Source: Paramicrosporidium saccamoebae KSL3
Taxonomy: Eukaryota; Fungi; Cryptomycota
Length of the DNA stretch: 32,000 nucleotides
Direction: 5' to 3'
Assembly: GCA_002794465.1 (NCBI GenBank)
Contig: MTSL01000065.1
Coordinates: 140,450-172,449 of the forward strand
Position numbers and translations under genes: made by a program. Positions within the stretch are counted from its first letter, which is position 1. Each line of letters begins with the position of its first letter. Below the pieces are notes generated by a model. It did not search any database and was not told where the DNA came from. It was given only the letters and a program-made list of their open reading frames with translations. Of the stretch, positions 1-10,295 are shown piece after piece.

Positions 1-361
1 TTAGAAATCCGAAAAACTCCACCGCCATTCCGATCATTGTGTGGCGATACAGGATGAGCGCCAAGCCCACTGCAAAGCACAGCGAACCCCGCCATTTATT
101 CCGTCGAAAGAAAAAGGCCCCCGTCTTCTTCGGTCCTATCACCAACACCAGGCCGGCCAGGAAAAGCATCTATGGCTTAGAAAATAACCCTGTCTACGTT
201 CCCAAGGGCTAGGATGCCCTGATTAAAGAGCATGATGCAGCCCAGAAGCAGCGTCATCCCGCCAAGGGCGCTCAGCCCAACACCAGCCTCTGCGATGATC
301 AGAACTGACACTGAAAAGTACTTTGCGAATTGGAGAGCCAAACTTGTCCATAATAACCCAT
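1..361 (-). CDS. GOT1: Got1/Sft2-family Golgi transport membrane protein, 5' part (continues beyond left edge); introns 290-321 and 170-197
   Basis: Manual splice reconstruction gives MGYYGQVWLSNSQKAGVGLSALGG...LLLGCIMLFNQGILALGNMLFLAGLVLVIGPKKT..FFFRRNKWRGSLCF, which matches the Got1 pattern (WLxxxQKxGVGL...LAxGNxLFLxG...FF). Both introns are GT..AG (32 and 28 nt). Absent from the ORF track because the exons are short. Confidence 0.88.
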
Positions 362-627
362 TTTGAAGCTAGCCAATCGAGCAACTCGGAATAAACATAA
401 CAAAGAGAATTGTGTGGGCCCGTATATTGAGCACCAGGGTCACCTGCTGAGCAGCACCTATCTTAAAAGGTGTCCGCAGTCTATTGCGATCCAGTACATC
501 TTACGAAACAGTATTGCCCAACGTTATACAAGGGGCGTGTGAATGGACGCTTATGGATTACATGGAGCATCAGGGTCTCCTAATCGCATAGCCTTGGATA
601 GCGCCACACAATATCACAGTAATGTGT

Positions 628-2364
628 TTATTTTAAATGTCGCAGGATAACCTCTTCTGGTGGAGAGAGAGTGATTCCACATTCACTGATAGCGTCTCTT
701 AAATACAAGACAAAGGTCCTCGTCCTTCTGGTCCGTAGTTCTTCATCTTGGAAATTCCCACGGTGGAAAATGTGGACATTAATCGTCATAGTGTCATGGT
801 TGATGATTGTAAATCCGCCTAAATTCAACTTTGGCAAAAAATCTTTGCTATTCTTTTGAAGAAAGGCACAAAGCTTGGCCTCTAGAGCGACAATCTTATC
901 GTTTGGTGTTGAAGGGACCACGTTAAATTTGATTCGCTCGCTCTGGAAGGGAGATCGCCGGTTGTTAATGATCATCTCATTGCGTAATTTGGAGTTGGCA
1001 ATGTATGTGACCCGGTACTGTGGACCCAAAAAGGTAGAGGTCCAAAGGCCCAACTCTTTGACGTAATGAACTTCGTTGCCAATGATCACCTGATCGCCCA
1101 CGTCAAATGGATGGGTAAAGATGACAAAGACAATTGACTCAAAGGCCGTCTTCATTGTTCCGGTAGCCACCGCCAACACTAATCCACCAATGCCCGTCAG
1201 TGCTGCCAGGACTGTCCGCAGCGAGACCTGGAACAGCATAAGCCAGCTCAATGCTGCCACGGCCCACACAAAGACCAGAAAGAGTTGATCCAACTTTCCA
1301 ATGACGTTATCTTGGTCGAGTAATGACATTCGCAAATCTTCGCGTTCCGAGTAGGAACGTGCTATTGCGCGTTCAAACTGTTCATAATTCATGTCGCCAG
1401 TTGCCTCGGTGTCAATGAGACCAAAATAGCGTTCAGCATCAGCAGTAGGGAGATGCACTGCAATGTCTGACATGGAAATTGTCTCGCGGTGGGAGGGACA
1501 GAGACGCTTGAAGATTATTTTGGATTGGGTCTTTTCGTCGCCATGATCTTGGGCGACCGCAACAGCGAGGCGTTTCGTAGTCTTGAGGGCAAATTTGTTG
1601 TCTTCCAGACGACGTCCAAAGGCTCGTTTGTAGAATGTGGTCGAGATGCGTTGAATGATAACCTTTTCGACAAGTATTAGGGCAGAGAGGACAAACAGAG
1701 AGGCGGCAGCTCGGTTGACAATGAACTGGAGGGAATGTCCCGTGCTGTAGGCCTTTAAATAATTAGTGATGGAAAGACCACTTAATTTTTCGGCCGCCTC
1801 CCCCGCCGTACTGCCAGCCTTTATCTCGCCCAAGCTAAAGAGTGCCTGTGCCTGCTCATCCAAGGTCAGCGGGAACAGCCAGAATGAGGTCAGAAGCAAG
1901 ACGAGTGTCTCCGTAAAGTAGGCTACATATTTGTAGAGAAAGATCATCTGATCAAAACCTCGCTGGACCTTTTGTGGAGCCTCCTTGCCACGTAAACTGT
2001 AAAAATAAAATGCACCGTACACACAAAGAACAGCCAAAGCATCTGTCACCACAAATCCTGCATAGCCCGATGCCGCAAATATTGCCCATCGTAACATCTC
2101 GAGTTTCCATTCGTACGTCGCTGGTGGTTCGGAAGCAAACAGCGGATAAGATCCGGTGATGAATCCCTTGTCGTAAAGGAATATTGGCACCAGGAGTAGG
2201 ACCGTGCAGAGGACAATATGAAAGAATATCATGGTCCAGATCTGGCCGCGCTTGTAGCCTGAAAAGGTCCCTTCATGCCAGTCAAAACGCTGAGAGGTCA
2301 TGTCTCGGAGCTCCCCAATCTTGGAGTGTTCCTTATCCTTCTTATGCGGCGCAATGGACGTCAT
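628..2364 (-). CDS. MscS-like mechanosensitive ion channel (fungal Msy1/Msy2 type), paralogue 1, intronless
   Basis: ORF 628-2373; first ATG at 2364 (the track start is TTG). Several N-terminal TM segments, an EF-hand-like loop (DTEATGDMNYEQ), the MscS core motif FTHPFDVGDQVII, and a C-terminal beta domain (N.RRS...E.I.F). Confidence 0.92.
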   Translation of the reverse strand: MTSIAPHKKDKEHSKIGELRDMTSQRFDWHEGTFSGYKRGQIWTMIFFHIVLCTVLLLVPIFLYDKGFITGSYPLFASEPPATYEWKLEMLRWAIFAASGYAGFVVTDALAVLCVYGAFYFYSLRGKEAPQKVQRGFDQMIFLYKYVAYFTETLVLLLTSFWLFPLTLDEQAQALFSLGEIKAGSTAGEAAEKLSGLSITNYLKAYSTGHSLQFIVNRAAASLFVLSALILVEKVIIQRISTTFYKRAFGRRLEDNKFALKTTKRLAVAVAQDHGDEKTQSKIIFKRLCPSHRETISMSDIAVHLPTADAERYFGLIDTEATGDMNYEQFERAIARSYSEREDLRMSLLDQDNVIGKLDQLFLVFVWAVAALSWLMLFQVSLRTVLAALTGIGGLVLAVATGTMKTAFESIVFVIFTHPFDVGDQVIIGNEVHYVKELGLWTSTFLGPQYRVTYIANSKLRNEMIINNRRSPFQSERIKFNVVPSTPNDKIVALEAKLCAFLQKNSKDFLPKLNLGGFTIINHDTMTINVHIFHRGNFQDEELRTRRTRTFVLYLRDAISECGITLSPPEEVILRHLK

Positions 2365-2494
2365 CGTAGACAATGGCTACGATCACAGACTGTTATACAG
2401 CAATGGTCCAATCGCATTCGAATTGACTTGGGCGTGATTGGATGCAGTAGCTTTTAAAATTCTGATTCGTCCATTGAGTTTTGTGTACTAAGAG

Positions 2495-2630
2495 TATGTT
2501 ATATTTGTGACGTAGAAGACTGATTAGTACGTCTTTGGGACATAGTTTTCTAGTTTGGAGAAGGGATAATCAGAACAATCAACGAAAGATAATGAGATCT
2601 TTACCATTTGAGGATTATGTTATTTGTGAC
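2495..2630. repeat. Dispersed imperfect direct repeat TATGTT(AT)ATTTGTGAC, 2 copies (2495-2511, 2616-2630), upstream of MscS paralogue 1
   Basis: Seen directly: tatgttatatttgtgac and tatgttatttgtgac about 120 bp apart. Function unknown. Confidence 0.5.
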
Positions 2631-2866
2631 TATAAAAGGGTCGTTAGATTGACTGAATAAATTCTCTTCTCTTCTCGCCTAAACTGGGCCGTGGTATTAT
2701 CCCCACTACGCGACATATTAATGGGCGAATTTGTTTTATTAAAGTATGCGGTGTCTTTATATGCCGCTATTCTTAACACACCGGATTGTGGAATAGCTAC
2801 CAGAATTACCAACCATAAATGAATACTATTTAGTCAATCTTTACTACAGATTTCACATTTATTAAC

Positions 2867-2930
2867 AGGCTCTTCATGTCTGATTAGGCCTCTTGAATCC
2901 GAATAGACTCTTCGTATCCGATTAGGTTTC
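2867..2930. repeat. Imperfect 19-nt tandem repeat, about 3.3 copies, just 3' of the MscS paralogue 2 stop
   Basis: Units aggctcttcatgtctgatt / aggcctcttgaatccgaat / agactcttcgtatccgatt / aggtttc... Confidence 0.6.
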
Positions 2931-2956
2931 TCGTACCCACGGTGTACTAGTGGCAC

Positions 2957-4666
2957 CTAATCGAGAGCAAGCTTGATCCCCAGCTCCTGGATTACAGAAC
3001 ACAGATGTATATGCAGTTTGTTGCTTCTTTCGGCTCGCAGTGGCGAATTTTGGAAATTCGACCTGTGGAGCACGGAAAAGCTTATCCGCAAATCTTGGCT
3101 ATTAACAATCTCATCCAGTGAAAGCGTATACATGTACGAGTAATCTCTTGGATTCTTTTCCACAAAATGATACAGTCGCTTCTCCAGCTGCAAGATTTGC
3201 ACCTTGGGAGTTGTTTGCTGGATATTGACTCGGAATGTTTCGTACATGGCACCGCTCCGCCTGAAATTGCTTATGCTCATAGTGGCCAAGCTGTGATTTG
3301 CATGATACACCAGTGCACTTCCCTCTCCGTAAAAGCTGCTTTGCCACCAACCAATGTGCTTCACCTTGTATGTCTTTTCATTTAGAGTAACCACATCTCC
3401 CGCATCAAACGGATGGCTGACAAAGATAAAGATGACTGTGGCAAAGATGGCAGTGAGCGAGTCTGAAAAGAGAAAGTGAGCGGTCATGGCGTAACCAAAG
3501 AGGGCAAAAACAGTGTTGCTGAGGGAAACGTCGAAAATTGGGAGACAGAGAGAGGCCGTCACAGCAACAACCAACAAAAGGGCGAGCGAGCCGAGACGCG
3601 AGACAATCTCGTCGTTGGCAGAGAGCGCCTGATTGAGATTGTCTCGTTCTGAGTAAATGCGTTGGACACCATCGGTGATTTCGCGTTGCGTAACGTCGCC
3701 ATTGCTATTGACATCAAACTCTTCAAAAATGCGTTTTGCATCGTCCTTTTCCAGAATCTCTTCGAAGTCAGCCAGACTTAGAATATCCTTCCCCGGACAA
3801 CGCAGTCCGTCGAATATGGCAATTGCCACATAAGTCGCCTCATCACGCTCCATGTCTTCGGCGCTTTTCGCAATCGCACCGCTGGGTCGCTTTCCAGGAG
3901 GAAATTCTTTGCTCAATCGTCGAATGGCCGCCATCCCAAACATGTTCTTTGTCAGACGCTCTGCATAATATTCGTAGTGGTAGTTTATGGTAATTTCATT
4001 CAGCGCCAGCTTGGCAATCATAAGAAGTGAAGCGAAAACAAACAGTGCAAAGGATAGGCGCGTCATGTAAAAGTCATTACCCACCAACGTCAAGCTGGAG
4101 TCTGTCGTCGTAGAGTTGAAGAAAAGACTCACCATGAGCCACAATGCCAACGAGGCGGCTGGGAAGGCGATAAAGTGTCTGATAATGATCAGCTGCTTAA
4201 AGTTGTCTCTCACCCTCATTGCCGAAGTGTTATCATCAGAGGGATCATTTACCAGCCTCAGACAGAGCGGTAATAGACAAATAAGCGCCAAAGTCATGTA
4301 ATACGCACCGTAGACGGTACAGACTATGAGTGACCATCGGAAAGACTCTCCGACTCCGTATTCGAAACGCGAGGTAATGTCCACAGGCCAGAACTGATCG
4401 GATTCCTTTGTCATGCAAATCACTAATGCAGGCAATCCCAGGACAAAGGTCCCCACGACGGCAACAAATGTGTATCGGATCCACAAGGGGATGAACTCTA
4501 AAAAAGTCTGCTTTCTCTTTGCAGAGAACTCTGATGTCGTGGCATAGAATCCGCGACGATTCAGCTCGCCATAGTCTGCACGGATCGCCTGTTTTTCTTC
4601 CTCAACCTGCACGACGACCGGCGTTCCTTCAGACATCACACCCCACGCCCCATCCAGGCGGCTCAT
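2957..4666 (-). CDS. MscS-like mechanosensitive ion channel with EF-hand, paralogue 2, intronless
   Basis: ORF 2957-4708; first ATG at 4666. TM-rich N-terminus, canonical EF-hand loop DVNSNGDVTQRE, MscS motif FVSHPFDAGDVV, and C-terminal NFRRSGAMYETF. Confidence 0.92.
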   Translation of the reverse strand: MSRLDGAWGVMSEGTPVVVQVEEEKQAIRADYGELNRRGFYATTSEFSAKRKQTFLEFIPLWIRYTFVAVVGTFVLGLPALVICMTKESDQFWPVDITSRFEYGVGESFRWSLIVCTVYGAYYMTLALICLLPLCLRLVNDPSDDNTSAMRVRDNFKQLIIIRHFIAFPAASLALWLMVSLFFNSTTTDSSLTLVGNDFYMTRLSFALFVFASLLMIAKLALNEITINYHYEYYAERLTKNMFGMAAIRRLSKEFPPGKRPSGAIAKSAEDMERDEATYVAIAIFDGLRCPGKDILSLADFEEILEKDDAKRIFEEFDVNSNGDVTQREITDGVQRIYSERDNLNQALSANDEIVSRLGSLALLLVVAVTASLCLPIFDVSLSNTVFALFGYAMTAHFLFSDSLTAIFATVIFIFVSHPFDAGDVVTLNEKTYKVKHIGWWQSSFYGEGSALVYHANHSLATMSISNFRRSGAMYETFRVNIQQTTPKVQILQLEKRLYHFVEKNPRDYSYMYTLSLDEIVNSQDLRISFSVLHRSNFQNSPLRAERSNKLHIHLCSVIQELGIKLALD

Positions 4667-4726
4667 TGGTCTTTTAACAATGTTCGAACCAATTGACTGA
4701 AGAACCAATCAAAGACGTTTATTCGT

Positions 4727-6420
4727 TTAATCGTAACTTATTTCCAGATCGCCGGCAGCCGGAGCATCCCAGTCCATATACTGTCGCATACGACGGGGAT
4801 CTTGGACGGCATCCTTAGGGGGCGGCGGGGGTCTATGGCTCCGACTGCGAGAGTCGCGTCCTCGATGGTCCCTGTCCCGAAGCGGACGGTCAATTGACGG
4901 ATCCGATCGTCGTCGCACAACCGCTGCCGTTGGGATGGCATTCAGAATGGGATGCGCAAAGAAGGCATTTATCATGGCCGTGTCCAGGGTGGCCGTCTTT
5001 ACAACATCCTCGTGTTTAAGACGAAGATGCTTTACAACAAAATCAGGCGATTTGAATAGCTTGCTACAGTGGACACACCTGTATCTACCCTCATCTACTT
5101 TGGCAACATGCTTTTCCAACATCCTACACCATTATTAGTCACTGCACTGTTGTTTGTACGTGTCCTCGCTGATGGGATCATAGGAGGTGGTTAGATTATC
5201 CTGAAGATCAACAATGCTTTGGTCAAAGGATTCAGCGTCCTCGGCAGGATTAGCGTCAGCCTGAGGACTGGATCGGAGATACAGGTCACCCGCCAGACGG
5301 ACGAGATCATTAGGCCCTTGAGCCGACACGCCTGAATAGTAGCAGACATAGTGGACTTGTCTCAAATACAGAATAACCAGGTCTAGCGAAATTTGTCCTG
5401 GACGTCCCGAAATGCTCTCCAACAGCGCATGCTCAATTCCCGAGCATTTATCAAGCGCAATCATCAGCGACTTCGCCTGTTCAAAGTCCTTGGCCATCCG
5501 TGACTCGCCAGAAAACACTGGCCTTGCAATCTTGAATTGCAGGGAGAATGATTTTTGGGCGGAACAGTAAATTTTGTCGCCATGCATAATCTTTTCTTCA
5601 ATCTCCGTCACGATCGGCATTAAATCGGCTGATTCTTCAAAAGTGGCCCATCCCATCCGATAATTTCCCTTGTCTGCCATTGGCAAGCCAAGCTCCAGGA
5701 CGATAAACTTGTCACTGCAGCCACGGAAAAGTTCCTCCAGCTCTTCACGTGTTACCATGGGTGAAATGTTGCTCAGAGTAATCAAGCTCTGTCTTTTTTG
5801 AAGCGCTCCTTGAAGACGAGTTGGCAGGGACATTGACGCAGGAAAGGAGCGTGTCTTTGTAGCTCCTTCCACCGAGCGTTCTCCCTCCACGTGCAGATCC
5901 TCGCCATCTTCCAGTGATATTTCGTCTAGAGAACCTGCACTCAGCCTCTCCATAAAGTTGGCACACCGCTGGGTTACCTGTTCCTTGGCATTGGCACTAA
6001 AACTTTCTGCCTTGAAAGGATCATAACGCTCAGTAAACCTAAATGCTCAGTCTCCCTCAACTGACATACCATCCTTCCCCCTTGTGACGCGAAAAATACC
6101 GACCAAGGATGGCTTGTCGATGCTTCTTCAAGTATTCTTTGTAAGCTATCATCGGGTCCGCTGTGCCCTCCACCTCGGCATATCGTGAAAACTGGTCGGA
6201 AGCGAGTAGCTCGTCGCTGTCCAGAACATCCTCCAGACTTCTAGGACGGTCACGACGGTATCCAGAGGGGCGGTCGTAGGGACCAGCCGATCTCCCTCCC
6301 GAATGCTCACTGCGTGATGCACCTATACATATAAAGTTTTCTTGAAATATTGGTACTTCGACGATAACGGTCGCTGCCATTGCTACGATAGGCCTGACTA
6401 ATACCTTCACCGCCCTCCAT
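4727..6420 (-). CDS. ARS2: ARS2/Serrate RNA effector (cap-binding-complex partner); introns 6323-6356, 6039-6069, 5124-5159
   Basis: Joining ORFs 6057-6410, 5135-5953 and 4727-5122 gives the Serrate N-domain (YKEYLKKHRQ..GRYFSRHKGEGWFTERYDP), an RRM-like region, a C2H2 finger (CVHCSKLFKSPDFVVKHLRLKH) and the C-terminal DPRRMRQYMDWDAP motif. The start codon (6420) is the least certain part. Confidence 0.85.
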
Positions 6421-6544
6421 CCTATATGACCAATCCCTGGCAGTTAGACTCGCTCACCTAGCACATTAAGTGTAGGACTCTTGCCGGCTCCATTGCTTGC
6501 GGGATGCTTCAGTAAATCGACTTTATTTAGAGAGAATAGTTCCG

Positions 6545-7040
6545 TTACTTTCGGGCTGCTTCAGTGAATCGAGCAGCAAGAGATGGTCCTGGTACAAAGG
6601 TATCAAAGTCAACTTGTTCCTTCTGTTCCTGTGCCAGCGCCTCTATGTGTCGCCATAAATATGGTACGTCCTATGCCAGAATGAAAATTTCTGTTCCCAG
6701 TACCTTTTCGAGGGGAATCCATTCTTCGGGAGGGAGCACCTCTTTGGTCATGTTCAGTTGCACAGCCCGACGTAATCTAAACGTACGGTCAAACATTTCC
6801 TTGTCTGTCAGACGCTTCAGGGCCTGATAGACAATGTCGTGCTCCTCCGGGATCAAGTCATCTTTCATCAGGCCTAGCAATGAGCTGACGCGCGGCGATA
6901 CCGAATTGACGGAAGCCCATGGAGCGGTCGTGGCGGACAGCCAACGAGCGGACCATATTATACAGAGTAGGCCGTTTCTTTAGCCAGTCAACGGCCTTGA
7001 CGGCAAAACGAACTGTAGACGGAAGAAATGCGTCACCCAT
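6545..7040 (-). CDS. QCR7: Ubiquinol-cytochrome c reductase (complex III) subunit 7; introns 6874-6901 and 6671-6703
   Basis: Spliced product ...SMGFRQFGLMKDDLIPEEHDIVYQALKRLTDKEMFDRTFRLRRAVQLNMTKEVLPPEEWIPLEKDVPYL... matches the Qcr7/UQCRB pattern (GYRxLGLxxDDLI.EE...ALxRL...R.FR..RA.Q......LP.EEW). Confidence 0.93.
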
Positions 7041-7075
7041 TGCTACTCCGATTGGGTCTAATAAGTGATTTATTC

Positions 7076-8075
7076 TTAAAAGTACAGTTTGATCAGCTCA
7101 TCTGACACGGCTGAAGGGGTCAGAACACCGACATCTGTGAATAGGAGAGAGATGTAAGAAGGCGGAGTGTAGTCAATTGTTGGATGTCCAGGCTCCATGT
7201 ACTGACTATCATCGGAACTCTGCAGGTCGCCGCTGGAGAGCAATGCACTCGACATGGTCGGCAGATCATACTGATTCAGGGGGAAACAGCGGACAAATTT
7301 GTAGTTTTCAGCTACCGCATAAAACGGGATGTCAGCCGCTTTGGCCATGACGGCAATCAGATAGGTTCCAATCTAAAGAGTCTGAGGACATTGTATTGTG
7401 GTACCTGATTTATGATACCGCCATTCTCTACTACACCCTCGGCGCCTACCAGAACCAAATCAACCTTTTCAATGTAGTAGCCAACAGCTGCATCCAGAAT
7501 GACTGTCGCCGGAATCCCGTGTTCCTGCAGTGCCTGGACCGCCTTGAACCCCCTCGAAGTGGGTCTAGCCTCTGTCACCAGCACAGTAAACCTCCGGTTC
7601 ATTGCCGCTGCCCTGAACAGCAGCATCATCACCACCCGCGAGTACGAGTGAATTAAAATTGTCGTATTGTCCTGGATAAAGTCCATCGCCAACTCGGCAA
7701 TCTTTTCCCGACACCGGAGGGAGCGTTCCCCAAAGGAACGGATTTTGTCAACGAGTTTGTGCCGGAAAGTGGAAAAGTCTTCGGTGGATTCCGAGGCGGT
7801 TCGAGTGACAAAACGGGTAAAGAGCTCACAACCGGCAGAGACAGAGATGCAGCAGTTTGTGTGGGTGCGCAGCTGGGCAGTTGCACAGTCCACTTCGGTA
7901 ATAAACTCGGACATGGTGCTTGCTTGACTTGTGCCAATAAACTCGGTCAATGCCTGGATAGCTGCCACGGGAACTGATAAATCTGCAGGATTCTGCAGCT
8001 GGGACTGGAAAGACGCAATCACATCTACAAAGACTCGGACGAGGGGAGATTTGCTGTACCTCGACGAACTGCCAT
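7076..8075 (-). CDS. GCN3: Translation initiation factor eIF2B subunit alpha; two short introns (about 8026-8060 and 7367-7398)
   Basis: VPVAAIQAL, SAGCELFTRFVT, ILIHSYSRVV, VTEARP, VLVGAEGVVENGGIINQIGTY and C-terminal DYTPPSYISLLFTDVGVLTPSAVSDELIKLY are eIF2B-alpha signatures. Confidence 0.96.
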
Positions 8076-8120
8076 TCTGCTACCAGGGACTAGGACACTT
8101 GCAGTAATATTGGCACCAGA

Positions 8121-9278
8121 ATGTTCACGTCGGCCAGCTTGCTGCATACCAATTCTTGGTTAGAAGAATGGCGGAATGTTGTGCAAAGCGATTCTTCCGA
8201 CATTTCGTCCACCACTCGAAGTCGTCTCCTGGAGCCTCTCAAACTTTGTGACCCCGTGTTCTGCACTGCCATCTGCCAGGAGCTCACAGCCACTGCTAAC
8301 ATATCTTCCATATTCCGTGTACTCTGTGATTCTCGGCCTTCAAAGGTACAGCTCTAGTTGGGTAGTGAATTTTAGAAACGAATTCTCCAATGCGAACTGT
8401 TTTTTTATTTATGTAAATGTTCGTCGCCAGAAAGCAGATTATTTGTGGCCAGCATTGTGCCGGTTCTGTTGTGGACAGAGTGGTTGCTCGTCTTAAGAAG
8501 TGAATCTGGTCCCGAATCCTCTGAGGAGAACGAAGATGACATTGCTGCCATCAAGGTTGCCCTACTAGCTGCCTACCAGCAGGATTTCAATATTTGTCCG
8601 CTTCCACCAGTGATGCGCATTTCCTCAATGAGTCAGCCCACAATTTACCATGACGGCAAGAGTTCCAAAGAAATGGATCCCGAAGTGTTCCCCTTTAACA
8701 CCAAGGAAGAGACCCTCACTGCCCCATCCACCATGTTCCCTGCGCAGCCGCTGGACAAGTTTGACGACTACAGTCGTGCCACCATAATGTATCGACTTTG
8801 CAGGTTCTTCCAGGATCACCTCCCCGAAGTGGAAGACCAAGTTCTGGTTGTCTATGGCTTACTAATTGTCCGGCTTGCCACCATGGGCACCCCGCTTGAG
8901 CAGCCCGATCTGCAACATCTCCTCCAGTCAGGTTCAATGTTCTCCAGCGTCTCATTCCGAGAGCGTGCAATCACGCAACGATTCTCAGACCTCTCCTTTG
9001 AAGTGTCTAAGCTCGACGTTCAAGACATGGAGGTTCATGTAAATGAAGAGTTCAAGCTCGACCATGTCCGATTCATACAGTCTTGTTTCTTCCCAGAAAT
9101 CAAGGAAAAGTTTAGGAGGCGGTATCCGCTGCCTGAGCAGCTTGCTCTCTTGTGGTCCGACGCACTGGCTCCGATCAAGTGTCGTTTTCCTACTTTGGAG
9201 GAACATGTCAAGTCTTGCCTATTAGCACGAGTCAGGCATCTGGGCTATCCAGCAGCAATTGTAGCCCTATCAGCATGA
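8121..9278 (+). CDS. Probable hyccin/FAM126-family protein (PI4KIII-alpha complex subunit), about 375 aa; intron 8346-8375
   Basis: Exon 8121-8345 joined to exon 8376-9278 gives one open frame. Its motifs align in order with recalled human FAM126A segments: LEEW; LQCELFFYL; IVPVLLW; IKVALLAAYQQD (cf. IEALLLGVYNLE); ISSMSQPTIYHD (cf. IPSLSKPSVYHE); LLARVRHLGYPAAIVALSA (cf. IIYRAQLELYPEPLLVANA). Alignment from memory, not computed. Confidence 0.7.
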
Positions 9279-9338
9279 CCGTACGTATTTATCTACATGA
9301 CCGTGCACATTTATCTGCATAACTGTACATCTTTACTA
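9274..9338. repeat. Imperfect 22-nt tandem repeat, about 3 copies, starting at the hyccin-like stop codon
   Basis: catgaccgtacgtatttatcta / catgaccgtgcacatttatctg / cataactgtacatctttacta. Confidence 0.7.
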
Positions 9339-9657
9339 ATACATTCCTACTCATGATATTCCAAATTACACGGGCTTCGTCACTGTTACGCCATAATACA
9401 TCATCTTATTTACAGGAGCTCGCTATCAAATATCAAGAATAGTGTGTCGTTTTGTTGCGCGGTGGGAGTATTACCATTACCACGGTGTCAGTATAGATGG
9501 GTGGCAGGGAACTAACGGTTAGTAAGGACTCACCCGACATGTCCAAGCATTAGAAAGTCTATATCTTTCAGCACCCAGCTAAACATTCCACCACAGGCCA
9601 ATTACCATGTTATTAGGATCGACCGCCAGGGTAGGCCCTAGTAGAACTTGACTCACA

Positions 9658-10253
9658 ATGGGTACGCCTTTCCCGTCCCATCCATCCATTAACATATAGG
9701 CAAGTGCAAGCCCCGTGGACTTCATGCCGCGCGCAAACTGCGCACTGACCGCCGTCTCTCTCGCTGGGCTGATAAAACCTACCGCAGCCGCGGCCTCGGT
9801 ACCGTCTGGAAGTCCTCCCCTTTCCAGGGAGCCTCTCACGCCAAGGGAATCGTTCTGGAGAAGCTGTAAGATTAACGGGGATGATGACGACACAGAATAG
9901 GGACAGCGTAGCTACGGCGATGCTGAGAAAATTCTGATGGGATGACTGACCCACTTTATATGGTTTGGAAGATATTAATCTTTAGTGGTATTGAGTCTAA
10001 GCAGCCCAACTCTGCCGTCCGTAAGGCCGTCCGTGTGCAGCTGATCAAGAACTCGAAGAAGATTACCGCCTTTGTGCCCAACGACGGCTGTCTCAACTTT
10101 GTCGAGATCAACGACGAGGTGCTTATTGCTGGTTTCGGTAACAAGGGCCGCAGTAAGGGAGATATTCCCGGAGTCAAGTTCAAGGTTGTCAAGGTCTCTG
10201 GTGTAGCCCTCTTGGCCCTGTGGAAGGGAAAGAAGGAGAAGCCTCGTTCTTAA
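9658..10253 (+). CDS. RPS23: 40S ribosomal protein uS12 (S23); introns 9662-9699 and 9866-9985
   Basis: Spliced [16 protein letters not shown]...WADKTY...[56 protein letters not shown]...[31 protein letters not shown]. Confidence 0.99.
9877..9952 (+). ncRNA. Intronic box C/D snoRNA, probable snR64/SNORD74 homologue guiding 2'-O-methylation of LSU rRNA C2337 (yeast numbering)
   Basis: Lies in the only long intron (120 nt). Box C ATGATGA 9881-9887, C' ATGCTGA 9920-9926, box D CTGA 9946-9949, terminal GGG/CCC stem. Guide ATAGGGACAG (9897-9906) is complementary to the conserved LSU sequence CUGUCCCUAU. With a degenerate D' (CGTA, 9907-9910) the +5 rule points to C2337. Confidence 0.82.
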
Positions 10254-10295
10254 GCTCTGATACACAATATTACTAAATACATGTTCATCCGGTAT

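Noticed and set aside
420-590. Near-duplicate GAGCA(C/T)CAGGGTC (about 429 and 565) and a YIEHQG/YMEHQG-like peptide echo between GOT1 and MscS-1
   Set aside because: No start codon or splice model gives a coherent gene; a 13-nt match alone is weak.
2630-2812. 60-aa minus-strand ORF in the MscS spacer
   Set aside because: TTG start, AT-rich intergenic composition, no recognisable motif.
9400-9608. Possible spliced minus-strand micro-ORF divergent from RPS23 (ATG-GTAATT intron; GTGAGT..ACTAAC..TAG intron)
   Set aside because: The second intron would be 22 nt, below the observed range, and products are only about 20-23 aa with no family resemblance. A GAAAGTC resembling RNase P/MRP CR-I lacks a matching CR-V.
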